Shown here piece by piece: positions 16,903 through 24,000 of a stretch of 24,000 bases of DNA. The stretch is from Dehalococcoidia bacterium (lineage in GTDB: Bacteria; Chloroflexota; Dehalococcoidia; Lucifugimonadales; Lucifugimonadaceae). The stretch is from NCBI GenBank assembly GCA_965207515.1, contig OZ242286.1:1681877-1705876 (forward strand), given 5' to 3'. Below the pieces are notes generated by a model. That model had not been told where the DNA came from, did not search any database, and worked only from the letters and a program-made list of their open reading frames with translations. Position numbers and translations under genes: made by a program. Within the stretch, counting starts at the first letter, position 1. Every line of letters begins with the position of its first letter.

Positions 16903-18156
16903 TTAGCCCGACACCACCAACATCACCACCCGGTTGGTGTTGGTGCCTTTCTGATTGTTGCTGACGCCCCAGACGTTTGACGTTTTGCTGAACTCTTGTT
17001 GGTTGACGAGCACGCCGATTATTTTCACCCGCAAGTCAGCGTCTCGGACGGCGGCAAGCACGACGTCTTCGAGTTTGATCGTCGCGTTCCTCACTTCACC
17101 GACTTCGTAACAGATGACACCGCCGGGTTTTACGACTCGGCAGAGTTCCAACAAAACGTCTCCTGTGAATCGTTGCCAGTCTTCCGTGCTCGAGGGGGTA
17201 GCAATCGGTTGGACATCGATGTCGATGCCGGCGAACCATGCACGAACATGGTTATCGGTCCGATAGTTGACAACGTCCAGAAACGGCGGCGAGGTTACGA
17301 CGAGATCAACTGAGTTCGTAGGTATATGAGGTGAATTCTTGGCGTCGCCAATGTTGAGATCGGTCTTACCGCAACGTAACTGACCATGCCGCAACAATGA
17401 TCGGCTTTTCCTGAGGATCAACGCTTTCACGTCGCGTTCCGGTGGCGATTGACCGCGCCGTTCGTTGATGCGTTGTTGGCTAATGATCGAAGCCGCTTGA
17501 TTGGGCGGCAACGTGTAAACCGAAAAGAACCCAGGCGAGTGTCCAGTTAACCGACTCATCGCCACGAGTCGAATCCAGTCGTCGGTTGCGTCGAACGATT
17601 CGTTCAACTCCCGATCGGTTAGCCAAGCACGCAACGAGACGATCTGCCGCAACGTCGTCGGATGGAAGAATGCGGTATATCTCTCGTCGCGTTCAGTTGG
17701 TCTCGTTGAAGCCAAATCTACTTCGTCCAACCTTGATTCGACATCCTCGATGGTCGGAGTGTCCAATCGCGGCCTCGTCATCATGATTGACATCGGGTTA
17801 GCGTCGTTGCCGACAGGACTTCGACCCATCAGAGCAGCTTGTATCGGCGTCGTGCCGCGACCCATGAACGGGTCATATACGGTATCTGACCGGCTTGTCA
17901 GTCGGTCGATGAAGAACTCCGGCAATTGCGGTTTGAAGCAGGCCCGGTAGCTGATCTCATGAAGCGCGTGTCCTGCGCGTTGAGCGTGCGTCCAGAATTC
18001 ATTTACGAAGTGACGTTGTGGCGAAGCGTCGCAATCTGAATAGACCTCGACGACTTCAGTCCGGGCACCGAAGTCGTCGAAATCAGCCAATGCATCAACG
18101 AAGTTATCGATGCGGCTTTTGTGTACGTTGTTGATCACTCGCGAGATTTTAAGCAA
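16903..18156 (-). CDS. Exocyclic-amino DNA methyltransferase (N4-C or N6-A), SPPF type, with motif I before motif IV
   Basis: HEISYRACFKPQLPEFFIDRLT..VYDPFMGRGTT (AdoMet motif I, aa 95-103) lies about 185 aa before DLVVTSPPFLDVVNY (catalytic motif IV, aa 289-292). This is followed by ELCRVVKPGG. No C5-MTase motifs are present. The start is uncertain: a TTG at 18156 with no SD. Confidence 0.75.
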   Translation of the reverse strand: MLKISRVINNVHKSRIDNFVDALADFDDFGARTEVVEVYSDCDASPQRHFVNEFWTHAQRAGHALHEISYRACFKPQLPEFFIDRLTSRSDTVYDPFMGRGTTPIQAALMGRSPVGNDANPMSIMMTRPRLDTPTIEDVESRLDEVDLASTRPTERDERYTAFFHPTTLRQIVSLRAWLTDRELNESFDATDDWIRLVAMSRLTGHSPGFFSVYTLPPNQAASIISQQRINERRGQSPPERDVKALILRKSRSLLRHGQLRCGKTDLNIGDAKNSPHIPTNSVDLVVTSPPFLDVVNYRTDNHVRAWFAGIDIDVQPIATPSSTEDWQRFTGDVLLELCRVVKPGGVICYEVGEVRNATIKLEDVVLAAVRDADLRVKIIGVLVNQQEFSKTSNVWGVSNNQKGTNTNRVVMLVVSG

Positions 18157-18170
18157 TTCGCGAGTGATCA
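18132..18170 (-). promoter_or_regulatory. Perfect 13-bp inverted repeat bracketing the methyltransferase start codon
   Basis: tgatcactcgcga (18132-18144) and tcgcgagtgatca (18158-18170) are exact reverse complements with a 13-nt spacer. That spacer holds the predicted TTG start (18154-18156). Each arm is itself TGATCA + C + TCGCGA, two palindromic hexamers. Confidence 0.5.
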
Positions 18171-18193
18171 GTTGAGTAACAGCTAAGTTTCGC

Positions 18194-20143
18194 TTACCTG
18201 CTATAACCAGTCCTCGGCGGCGGCTCCACCTTGTCGACGAGCGCGTTCAAGACGTACTCGAAGTCCTGATATGCGGTCGATCCAGCGATCGGCGAACCTA
18301 CCGAACGTAACCTGTTGGCGAGGTCTGACAGGTCTCGGTGTATCGAACCGGGATTGTCACCACCGTATTCGTGCAAGCCGCTGTAACGATCGGCAGCAAG
18401 GGCGACGATCGCACCGAAGTCGGTCGCGGCATCCCGCTGGGAAAGCTCAGTCTCGATCTCTCGGTGCTGGCGATTCGAATCGCCGGTCCGAGGAGTGACC
18501 CACCGAACTTCAACCTCGCCGAGAGGCTGGTCAGATTGACCAAGTGCGCTGCGGTCGAACAGCTCGAGCTCAAAGAAAACCGTTGTGGCCGCACCAGCGG
18601 GCAATTCGGCGAACTTCTTCTCCGCACGAGTGAACGACTCGTCTGATGTGACGCGGTTCTCGTATCCGATCATGCGCCAGCTGCGAACCAGATTTTCGTC
18701 CCAAACCACCTGCGCCCGCGTCTGGTCGGCGAACGGTACAGAGAGCGCGAGCCAGTTCTCTCGGCTGAACAACGATCGTCCCTCGTGCGGCTCGCTCAGG
18801 TAACGGTACCAACCGTTGCCATATTGAGCGAGCTGCTCAAGCAGCACATCGTTGTAGTTGTTAATTCCGACGCCGATCGTGATCAAACGAAGCGGGTTGT
18901 TAGGATCGTGATCTGCGGCGGATTCCAAGATCGCGAACGGGTTGGTGGCATCAACGTTCGCCACGCCGTCCGACATCAGGATGATGTAGTTCAACGAACC
19001 GGGTCGATTACGTCGCATCTCATCGGCCAACCGGACGCCGAGGTTCAATCCTGCTTGAACGTTGGTGCTGCCTTCAGGCGTAAGAGAATCGATCGATGAA
19101 CTGATCGAACCATCGTTCGGAACGCGGTCCTTGACCGTCAATCGGCGCTTTATCTGATCATCGAAATGCACGATTGACATTCGGTCGTCGCTGCCCATAC
19201 TTCCACGGATCGCGTTAGCGGCGACACGAGCGATCTCGACACGGTTGCCATCAGCCATCGAACCAGATCCGTCGAGCACCAGAGTAACGTTCAACGGCAA
19301 GTCGATGTGGAGTTCTGGCGCTTGGAACGCCACGCGCGCCAAATGTAGTCCGCCGTCCAGCGGGTGTTCAATGACATCAGTGGTGATGTTGAACGAGTCA
19401 TCGTGCCTTGGCAGTTCGTAACCGTAGTTGAAGGCGTTGATCCACTCTTCCGCACGTACCGACGCAGGATCCACGTCGTATCCAGCGCGTGTCCAGTTGA
19501 GAGCGAGCTGGAACGACGTCCGATCCGTGTCGAGGCTGAACGTCGATGTATCGTCTTCTGAGGTCAGCGCAAAGTTGCTCCTTGTCGTGTTCTGGAACTG
19601 TGTCGCACCCGGCTGCGATTGCGCCTGGGGTTGGACCGACTTCACAACCGGAGGCGGCGCGCTCGCCGACTCGGCTGCTGCGACTGGCGCAGCCGTCGGG
19701 ACGGGGGCCACTTGGACTTCCTTCTCCACCTCTTTAACGACCTCCACCTCAACTACAGCTTCTTTTTCGACGACCACTGTCTCGCCGGCCACTTCGACCT
19801 CTTTTTCGACGACTACCGTTTGATAGACGGTCTCGCCCTCCACTTCGACTTCTCTTTCCACCACGACGGTCTGAACCACAGGCCGGTCAACCTCGACGAC
19901 TCTTTCGACTTCGATGACGTCGACCACGGTTTCGCCCGGTACCGGAACTTCCCTGTCGACTACGACGGTCTCAACAACCCGGCGCTCAACCTCGACGATT
20001 TTCTCGACTTCTACGGTGTGAACGACGGTTTCGGATCCGCCGCACGCCATAGTCGCTGTTAGCAATGCGCCGACCAATGCGAGTACAAAGGCGATCATCG
20101 ATTTCGATTTGAAGTGTGATCTGGCTTCGATATTCTTGTGCAT
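18194..20143 (-). CDS. Secreted or lipid-anchored von Willebrand factor A protein (YfbK-like), with an N-terminal Val/Glu repeat stalk and an Ala/Pro linker
   Basis: The signal peptide ends TMAC-GGS (Cys34), and GGAGGA lies 9 nt upstream of the ATG. A V/E repeat spans aa 37-145. The N-terminal vWA-associated region reads FSLDTDRTSFQL...VRAEEWINAFNYGY. The MIDAS motif is intact (LDGSGSM, T in EGSTN, D in MSDG). A DUF3520-like C-terminus is present (WRMIGYENR). Confidence 0.85.
   Translation of the reverse strand: MHKNIEARSHFKSKSMIAFVLALVGALLTATMACGGSETVVHTVEVEKIVEVERRVVETVVVDREVPVPGETVVDVIEVERVVEVDRPVVQTVVVEREVEVEGETVYQTVVVEKEVEVAGETVVVEKEAVVEVEVVKEVEKEVQVAPVPTAAPVAAAESASAPPPVVKSVQPQAQSQPGATQFQNTTRSNFALTSEDDTSTFSLDTDRTSFQLALNWTRAGYDVDPASVRAEEWINAFNYGYELPRHDDSFNITTDVIEHPLDGGLHLARVAFQAPELHIDLPLNVTLVLDGSGSMADGNRVEIARVAANAIRGSMGSDDRMSIVHFDDQIKRRLTVKDRVPNDGSISSSIDSLTPEGSTNVQAGLNLGVRLADEMRRNRPGSLNYIILMSDGVANVDATNPFAILESAADHDPNNPLRLITIGVGINNYNDVLLEQLAQYGNGWYRYLSEPHEGRSLFSRENWLALSVPFADQTRAQVVWDENLVRSWRMIGYENRVTSDESFTRAEKKFAELPAGAATTVFFELELFDRSALGQSDQPLGEVEVRWVTPRTGDSNRQHREIETELSQRDAATDFGAIVALAADRYSGLHEYGGDNPGSIHRDLSDLANRLRSVGSPIAGSTAYQDFEYVLNALVDKVEPPPRTGYSR
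19709..20035 (-). repeat. In-frame imperfect tandem repeats encoding the ETVVVE(K/R)EVEV-type stalk
   Basis: A 99-nt (33-aa) duplication covers aa 38-70 and aa 71-103, with 22 of 33 residues identical. Shorter 39/51-nt units follow; for example, ctttttcgacgac[c/t]ac recurs at 19762 and 19801. Confidence 0.65.
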
Positions 20144-20271
20144 CTTTAAGTGTCCTCCGTGACTTCGTTTTCAGGTCACTGGAGAACAGACGCATACCCA
20201 TCCAAATTTGTTCCCGCGATCCTCAAGATTCACGATTCAATGGTTTGTAGTTGCCTTCGGCAACAAGCAGA

Positions 20272-20302
20272 AGAGCCCGGAACCGCCGTGGATTCGGGCT
20301 CT
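20272..20302 (-). terminator. Candidate terminator hairpin downstream of the DUF4349-PKD gene
   Basis: agagcccg (20272-20279) pairs with cgggctct (20295-20302). A second small hairpin, gttgcc-ttc-ggcaac, lies at 20250-20264. The flanks are only weakly T-rich. Confidence 0.35.
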
Positions 20303-20322
20303 TTCTCCAGCGCCAGAATCGA

Positions 20323-22011
20323 CTATTCAGGGGTGGCAGATCTCTGTTCTTGAGAACCATCGCCCTGTTCGCTCTGATCCGTGGGTACGTAAACAACGCG
20401 CTGCCGTTTGCGATCCAAGCGATTGACGAACCAAACGATCCCGAGGATGACGCCACCAACGATCAACCAAATCGGTGAAGTGATCGCCAACCAGATGGCT
20501 GCTGTCCCGGCGAACGCGAATACTGACACCAGCGCGTTCACGGCGTTGGTTGCCGTGCCACCAGCGTCGAAATCGGCGTCCTCAACCGTCGGAGCGGGGT
20601 AGACCGAAACGTACGTCTCGTGGGTTTCTTTGACCTCGCCAGCGTCGCTATCACCTTGTATCTCGAACACGACGCGGTACGACTCGGGACGATGTCTATC
20701 AAACGCGTGTTCGACCTCAACACCGGTTTCGCCGCTCGCCACCGTTCCGCTGATGACCGGCGAACCATCACGGAAGTCCCACGTGTACTCGAGGTTTCGT
20801 AACGTGTCAGGATGGTTGAAAGATGCTGTGAAGGTTACCGGCTCGCCCTGTTCCGCGTCCCATTCCGAGGCGGATATGAACGCGTCGAGTCGAGGCAGTT
20901 CTGAGACGTTCGCCCATAGTTGATCCTCGCCTTCCGCCAACCCTCGATCGGAAGACGCCCTGACTCGGACGGTTACAACGTGAGGAGAGAACTCGTCGGA
21001 CGAGTAGGTATGGCGAACCGGCACACTCAGGAGCCCGTCCTCGCCCTGTGTGCGCAAACCGGAATAGACTGTTTGGGGCTCGGAACCGTCGCCGAAATCC
21101 CATGTGATTTCGTAGTTGTCATAGTCCTCCGGCGGGAAGAAGCGTGCGGTGTATTTTCTTCCGACGCCGATTCCGACGTGGACGTCTTCGCCGACGTCGA
21201 CTCTCATAGGGATCGGTGATCGATTGACGTTCACAGTGAGGCGGGAGAACGCCGCGGATTCGCTGATGAAGGCGAGGCGACCGTCGATTCGTTCGAGCTC
21301 TGCTTGCCAGTTTGTTATCTCGCGTTGGACTTCAAGGAGCTCTTGAACACTGTCATAGTTTTCGTTTCGGAGCAGTTCGGTGAGCGCGTCAACTGTTTCC
21401 TGGACAGTGGACCGCCGTGCGCCGAGGTCTATGTATTCCTCAGTGAAGTCGGTGCTGTCGGAGTTAACGGAGATAACTTTGGCGACTGCATCCGTGATCT
21501 GCTCGATGACGGCGTCCAGCGTTTCTGCAGGGATTCGGACAGTAATGTGGTAGAACCCGTGGTCGCTCGTGTTGCTGTTGACCACCCAACCACCGCGTCC
21601 AACGGCGAGGTCGCCGATATCGTCGATGGTTGCGATGGGGTCGTTGGATTCGACGCTCATGTCGGCGTTGCGGACGATGATGCGGTTTTGGGGTTGGAAA
21701 GAAATGTCGACGTTTTGCGCCAATTTCTCTTCTGACATCTCCATCGCCATAGCCGCAGCCGGTTGTACTAACTCGACCTCCTTCAGCACCTCTTTTTCAA
21801 CAGCAACTTCGACGACCCTCTCGACGACGACAGTTTCGACAATGGTTCGCCCGCCGGATTCATCTCGGGCCATTAGTGCACCCGGTTCGCCCGGTGCACC
21901 GGATGCACCCGCGTATCCAAAGTCGATGGATTCGGTGTCTCCACCGCAGGCGAACACGAAGGCGATGGTGGTTGCCAAAGCGATGACGATTGCTATGCGT
22001 AGCAGGGACAT
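20323..22011 (-). CDS. Envelope protein: signal/lipobox-like end, short Val/Glu stalk, DUF4349-like domain, two PKD-like domains, C-terminal TM hairpin
   Basis: The N-terminus MSLLRIAIVIALATTIAFVFAC-GGD is followed by TIVETVVVERVVEVAVEKEVLKEVELV (aa 56-82). The DUF4349-like core spans aa 100-262 (VRNADMSVES...TEEYIDLGARR...ELERIDGRL...FSRLTV). WDFGDGS and WDFRDGS are PKD signatures. Two hydrophobic helices occupy aa 488-530. AGGAA SD. Confidence 0.75.
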   Translation of the reverse strand: MSLLRIAIVIALATTIAFVFACGGDTESIDFGYAGASGAPGEPGALMARDESGGRTIVETVVVERVVEVAVEKEVLKEVELVQPAAAMAMEMSEEKLAQNVDISFQPQNRIIVRNADMSVESNDPIATIDDIGDLAVGRGGWVVNSNTSDHGFYHITVRIPAETLDAVIEQITDAVAKVISVNSDSTDFTEEYIDLGARRSTVQETVDALTELLRNENYDSVQELLEVQREITNWQAELERIDGRLAFISESAAFSRLTVNVNRSPIPMRVDVGEDVHVGIGVGRKYTARFFPPEDYDNYEITWDFGDGSEPQTVYSGLRTQGEDGLLSVPVRHTYSSDEFSPHVVTVRVRASSDRGLAEGEDQLWANVSELPRLDAFISASEWDAEQGEPVTFTASFNHPDTLRNLEYTWDFRDGSPVISGTVASGETGVEVEHAFDRHRPESYRVVFEIQGDSDAGEVKETHETYVSVYPAPTVEDADFDAGGTATNAVNALVSVFAFAGTAAIWLAITSPIWLIVGGVILGIVWFVNRLDRKRQRVVYVPTDQSEQGDGSQEQRSATPE

Positions 22012-22146
22012 AATCGTTCCTTTGATTAGTTGCTCACTATTATCTAGACGTTGGTTGACCGAGATTTGTTCCGTGATGCGGATTTATCCTTCTCATTAGC
22101 AACGGCGCAGGCGTTGCTCACAGTTAGTATGCGGAAGGCGAAACTG

Positions 22147-22953
22147 ATGGCTGAAGGTAACGGCAAGAAGAAGATTCTTATCACCGGAGGAGCCGGATTG
22201 ATCGGCGGAATCCTCATCGAACGGCTGGGAGATCGCTACGAACTCTCGTCGCTCGATCTCAAAAAAGCCGATGGCGTCCCTTCTCACGTCGCCTCGCTAG
22301 ACGACCTCGATGCAATGCAACCGGCGTTCGCCGGGATTGACACCGTCGTTCATTTGGCGGCCGACCGTTCGTCTTACGCCGAATGGGAGTCCGTGCTGCC
22401 CAACAATCTCGTCGGCACTTACAACGTCTTCGAAGCATCTCGGCGCGAGGGCGTGAAACGTGTCATCTTCGCGTCGTCTAATCACGCGACGGGTGGCAAC
22501 TATCTGGACGAACCGTGGAGCCACATTGCATCAGGCCAATTCGAAAAGTTACAAGTAGGGGGCTATCCACTCGTAGACGAGGACACCATGATCCGACCCG
22601 ACGGGTTCTACGGCGTGTCAAAGGCATTCGGTGAGGCGATCGGAAGCTACTACAACGACTACCATGGCGTTTCGTCGATCCATCTCCGCATCGGATGGGT
22701 CATTTCCACGGACGACCCTACATTCGATCCGTTCGCCCTCTCACTGTGGCTAAGTCATCCTGACACCGCGCAGATAATCCGCCTCTGTATCGACGCACCC
22801 GACGATCTTCGCTACGGCATCTACTACGCAACATCGGACAACATGTGGAAAATCTTCGACATCAGCCGTGCAAAATCCGAACTCGGTTTTGCGCCGGAGG
22901 ATGGGGCAGGCGGCGAATTCGTCAAAGGGCCGCCGCCGGTACGGGATCAATGA
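22147..22953 (+). CDS. NAD-dependent epimerase/dehydratase family (extended SDR) protein
   Basis: KILITGGAGLIGGIL (GxxGxxG) and the YGVSK catalytic YxxxK are present. I prefer the ATG at 22147, with GGAAGG upstream, over the track start at 22051. Confidence 0.8.
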   Translation: MAEGNGKKKILITGGAGLIGGILIERLGDRYELSSLDLKKADGVPSHVASLDDLDAMQPAFAGIDTVVHLAADRSSYAEWESVLPNNLVGTYNVFEASRREGVKRVIFASSNHATGGNYLDEPWSHIASGQFEKLQVGGYPLVDEDTMIRPDGFYGVSKAFGEAIGSYYNDYHGVSSIHLRIGWVISTDDPTFDPFALSLWLSHPDTAQIIRLCIDAPDDLRYGIYYATSDNMWKIFDISRAKSELGFAPEDGAGGEFVKGPPPVRDQ

Positions 22954-22977
22954 ATCATGTTGGCTGAAAGCTTCGCA

Positions 22978-23787
22978 TTAACCCAAATCCGATATCCGCG
23001 TCTCTAAACGTCGGAGGCTATCTTGGGTTGCCCGTAGTTCCTTGAGCAGCTCCTCGCGCGACGCGGGAGGTTGGAGTTCTCTGAGACGCTCTTCTTTGGC
23101 ACGGTCTAGGTTGTTGATGACTACAGCGATAAACAGGTTGACGACGACGAAGGTGCCGACGATTACAAAGCTCACGAAGTAGATCCAAGCGAACGAGTTA
23201 ATTTCCATCGCCCGGGCGTTCACTTCTACCCATCCTTCGAGAGTGATGATCTCGAAGAGTGTCAGAATCGCCAAACCGATGTGCCCCCAGTGTTCAGGGT
23301 CATCGTTTTGGAACAGCTGGATGCCGATGATGGCGTAGATATAGACGATGATGCTCATCAGCATCAGAATGTGACCAACACTCGGAATCGATCGCACGAG
23401 AGCCGCGACAATCAAGCGCAGGTCTTCGATGGTCGATATGAGGCGCAGGACGCGCAACAAGCGACCCAAGCGGGCTATCAACGCGAACGTTCCCGTTGCA
23501 GGTACCAACGAGAAGACGATCACCATGAAATCGAATATGTTCCAACCGTCTTTGAAGTAATTTTGAGGGCGCGGCCACTTCGCGAGCATCTTCAACAGCG
23601 CTTCGATGATGAAGATACCGAGAATCACCCTGCTGCCAAGAGTTAGCAATCCCTCGTAACTGTCGACGATTTCGGGTTCGGTTCGCAGCCCGAGTATGGC
23701 GGCGCTGATTAGTATCAGCGCGATGATGAAATACTCGAACAGCGCGTTACTTACTATTCGTTCGGCGATCTTTTGAGATCCGCCCAT
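22978..23787 (-). CDS. Single-domain voltage-gated cation channel (BacNaV/NaChBac-like) with a C-terminal coiled coil
   Basis: Six TM segments are predicted. S4 (ARLGRLLRVLRL) has four Arg at every third position. The pore reads LTLFEIITLEGWVEV, S6 ends VVNLFIAVVINNL, and the C-terminal heptad-like tail reads ELLKELRATQDSLRRLETRI. An AGGAA SD is present. Confidence 0.8.
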   Translation of the reverse strand: MGGSQKIAERIVSNALFEYFIIALILISAAILGLRTEPEIVDSYEGLLTLGSRVILGIFIIEALLKMLAKWPRPQNYFKDGWNIFDFMVIVFSLVPATGTFALIARLGRLLRVLRLISTIEDLRLIVAALVRSIPSVGHILMLMSIIVYIYAIIGIQLFQNDDPEHWGHIGLAILTLFEIITLEGWVEVNARAMEINSFAWIYFVSFVIVGTFVVVNLFIAVVINNLDRAKEERLRELQPPASREELLKELRATQDSLRRLETRISDLG

Positions 23788-23835
23788 CGTTATCCAGTTC
23801 CTTAACTTTCAGTTCGGTAGTCGTTGCGGGTAGGA

Positions 23836-24000
23836 TTACTCGCGAGCGTTGGCGGCCGTGCGCGTGAATCCACGTGGAATGATGTGGCCATGGCCGCGCA
23901 TCTGGAACGTCCCATCGGCATTCAATCCGGGGAACGGCCAGCTCCCACGAGCACCCGGCGGCCAATCAACCGCGCCAGACCGTTGCGCCCATTCGGAATA
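23836..24000 (-). CDS. 3' end of a CDS truncated by the window edge; unknown function
   Basis: My manual translation of the minus strand from 24000 gives an open frame, YSEWAQRSGAVDWPPGARGSWPFPGLNADGTFQMRGHGHIIPRGFTRTAANARE, ending at TAA (23836-23838). Codon choice resembles neighbouring genes. It is not in the supplied track because the start lies outside the window. Confidence 0.4.
   Translation of the reverse strand, partial: YSEWAQRSGAVDWPPGARGSWPFPGLNADGTFQMRGHGHIIPRGFTRTAANARE

Noticed and set aside
10193-18156. Vsr plus DNA methyltransferase as a linked repair-modification or RM-like system
   Set aside because: The two genes are 6 kb apart with seven unrelated metabolic genes between them. 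The methyltransferase has amino-MTase motifs (FxGxG, SPPF) rather than C5 motifs, so Vsr would not service its product.
16903-18156. Horizontal acquisition of the methyltransferase, judged from composition
   Set aside because: My hand count of two 60-nt samples inside the gene gave about 53 and 62 percent GC, with nothing obviously foreign. No flanking repeats, tRNA or integrase are present, so I make no claim.
19709-20035. Possible CRISPR-like or non-coding tandem array, suggested by the periodic cgac/ctc pattern
   Set aside because: The periodicity is in frame within a long ORF and encodes the V/E stalk. The units are imperfect, there are no unique spacers, and there are no cas genes.
19428-20062. 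Plus-strand ORFs (131 and 147 aa) over the V/E repeat region
   Set aside because: They are antisense mirror images of the repeat-encoding DNA, with low-complexity S/T/F/D-rich translations. The minus-strand vWA frame is continuous with recognisable domains.
21304-22099. Plus-strand ORFs (143 and 176 aa) opposite the DUF4349-PKD gene
   Set aside because: They are antisense to a CDS with clear domain signatures. They have no motifs and low-complexity translations.
22051-22146. Upstream start (22051) for the epimerase gene
   Set aside because: The extension adds 32 residues with no Rossmann context. It overlaps a 7-bp stem-loop (22098-22118). The ATG at 22147 has a GGAAGG SD and places GxxGxxG at the usual distance from the N-terminus.
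23747-23965. 72-aa minus-strand ORF from the track overlapping the channel start
   Set aside because: It overlaps the 5' end of the channel gene and its SD. The translation is featureless. A different frame is open to the window edge and looks more like coding sequence; I report that one instead as a partial CDS.

Overview
This is a gene-dense bacterial window with about 27 supportable CDS on both strands. I found no rRNA, tRNA, CRISPR array, transposase or integrase. Most genes are metabolic: an ArsM-like methyltransferase, two tandem HpcH/HpaI-type aldolase paralogs, and a minus-strand cluster of M16 peptidase, HTH-less Lrp/AsnC RAM protein, two acyl-CoA dehydrogenases and a HIT protein. 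The rest of the metabolic set is a leaderless Cys-type sulfatase, a PMI-type cupin, an RraA-like protein, a Zn alcohol dehydrogenase, two single-motif CDGSH genes, an enolase-superfamily dehydratase, a PhyH dioxygenase, a 2-hydroxyacid dehydrogenase and an NAD epimerase. Non-metabolic genes are a Vsr endonuclease with no C5-methyltransferase nearby, a solitary SPPF-type DNA methyltransferase, two adjacent envelope proteins, and a single-domain voltage-gated channel. The methyltransferase start codon sits in the loop of a perfect 13-bp inverted repeat. The envelope pair is a vWA/YfbK-like protein and a DUF4349-PKD protein, and both carry a Val/Glu-rich repeat stalk after an A-C-G-G signal end. 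The channel has an unusual TLEGWVE filter. I see no recognisable defence island. The envelope pair and the methyltransferase hairpin are the least conventional parts. The gene mix and the V/E linkers suggest a marine Chloroflexota (SAR202-like) origin, but that is low-confidence inference. All family calls come from motifs read by eye in the supplied translations; no database search was run.
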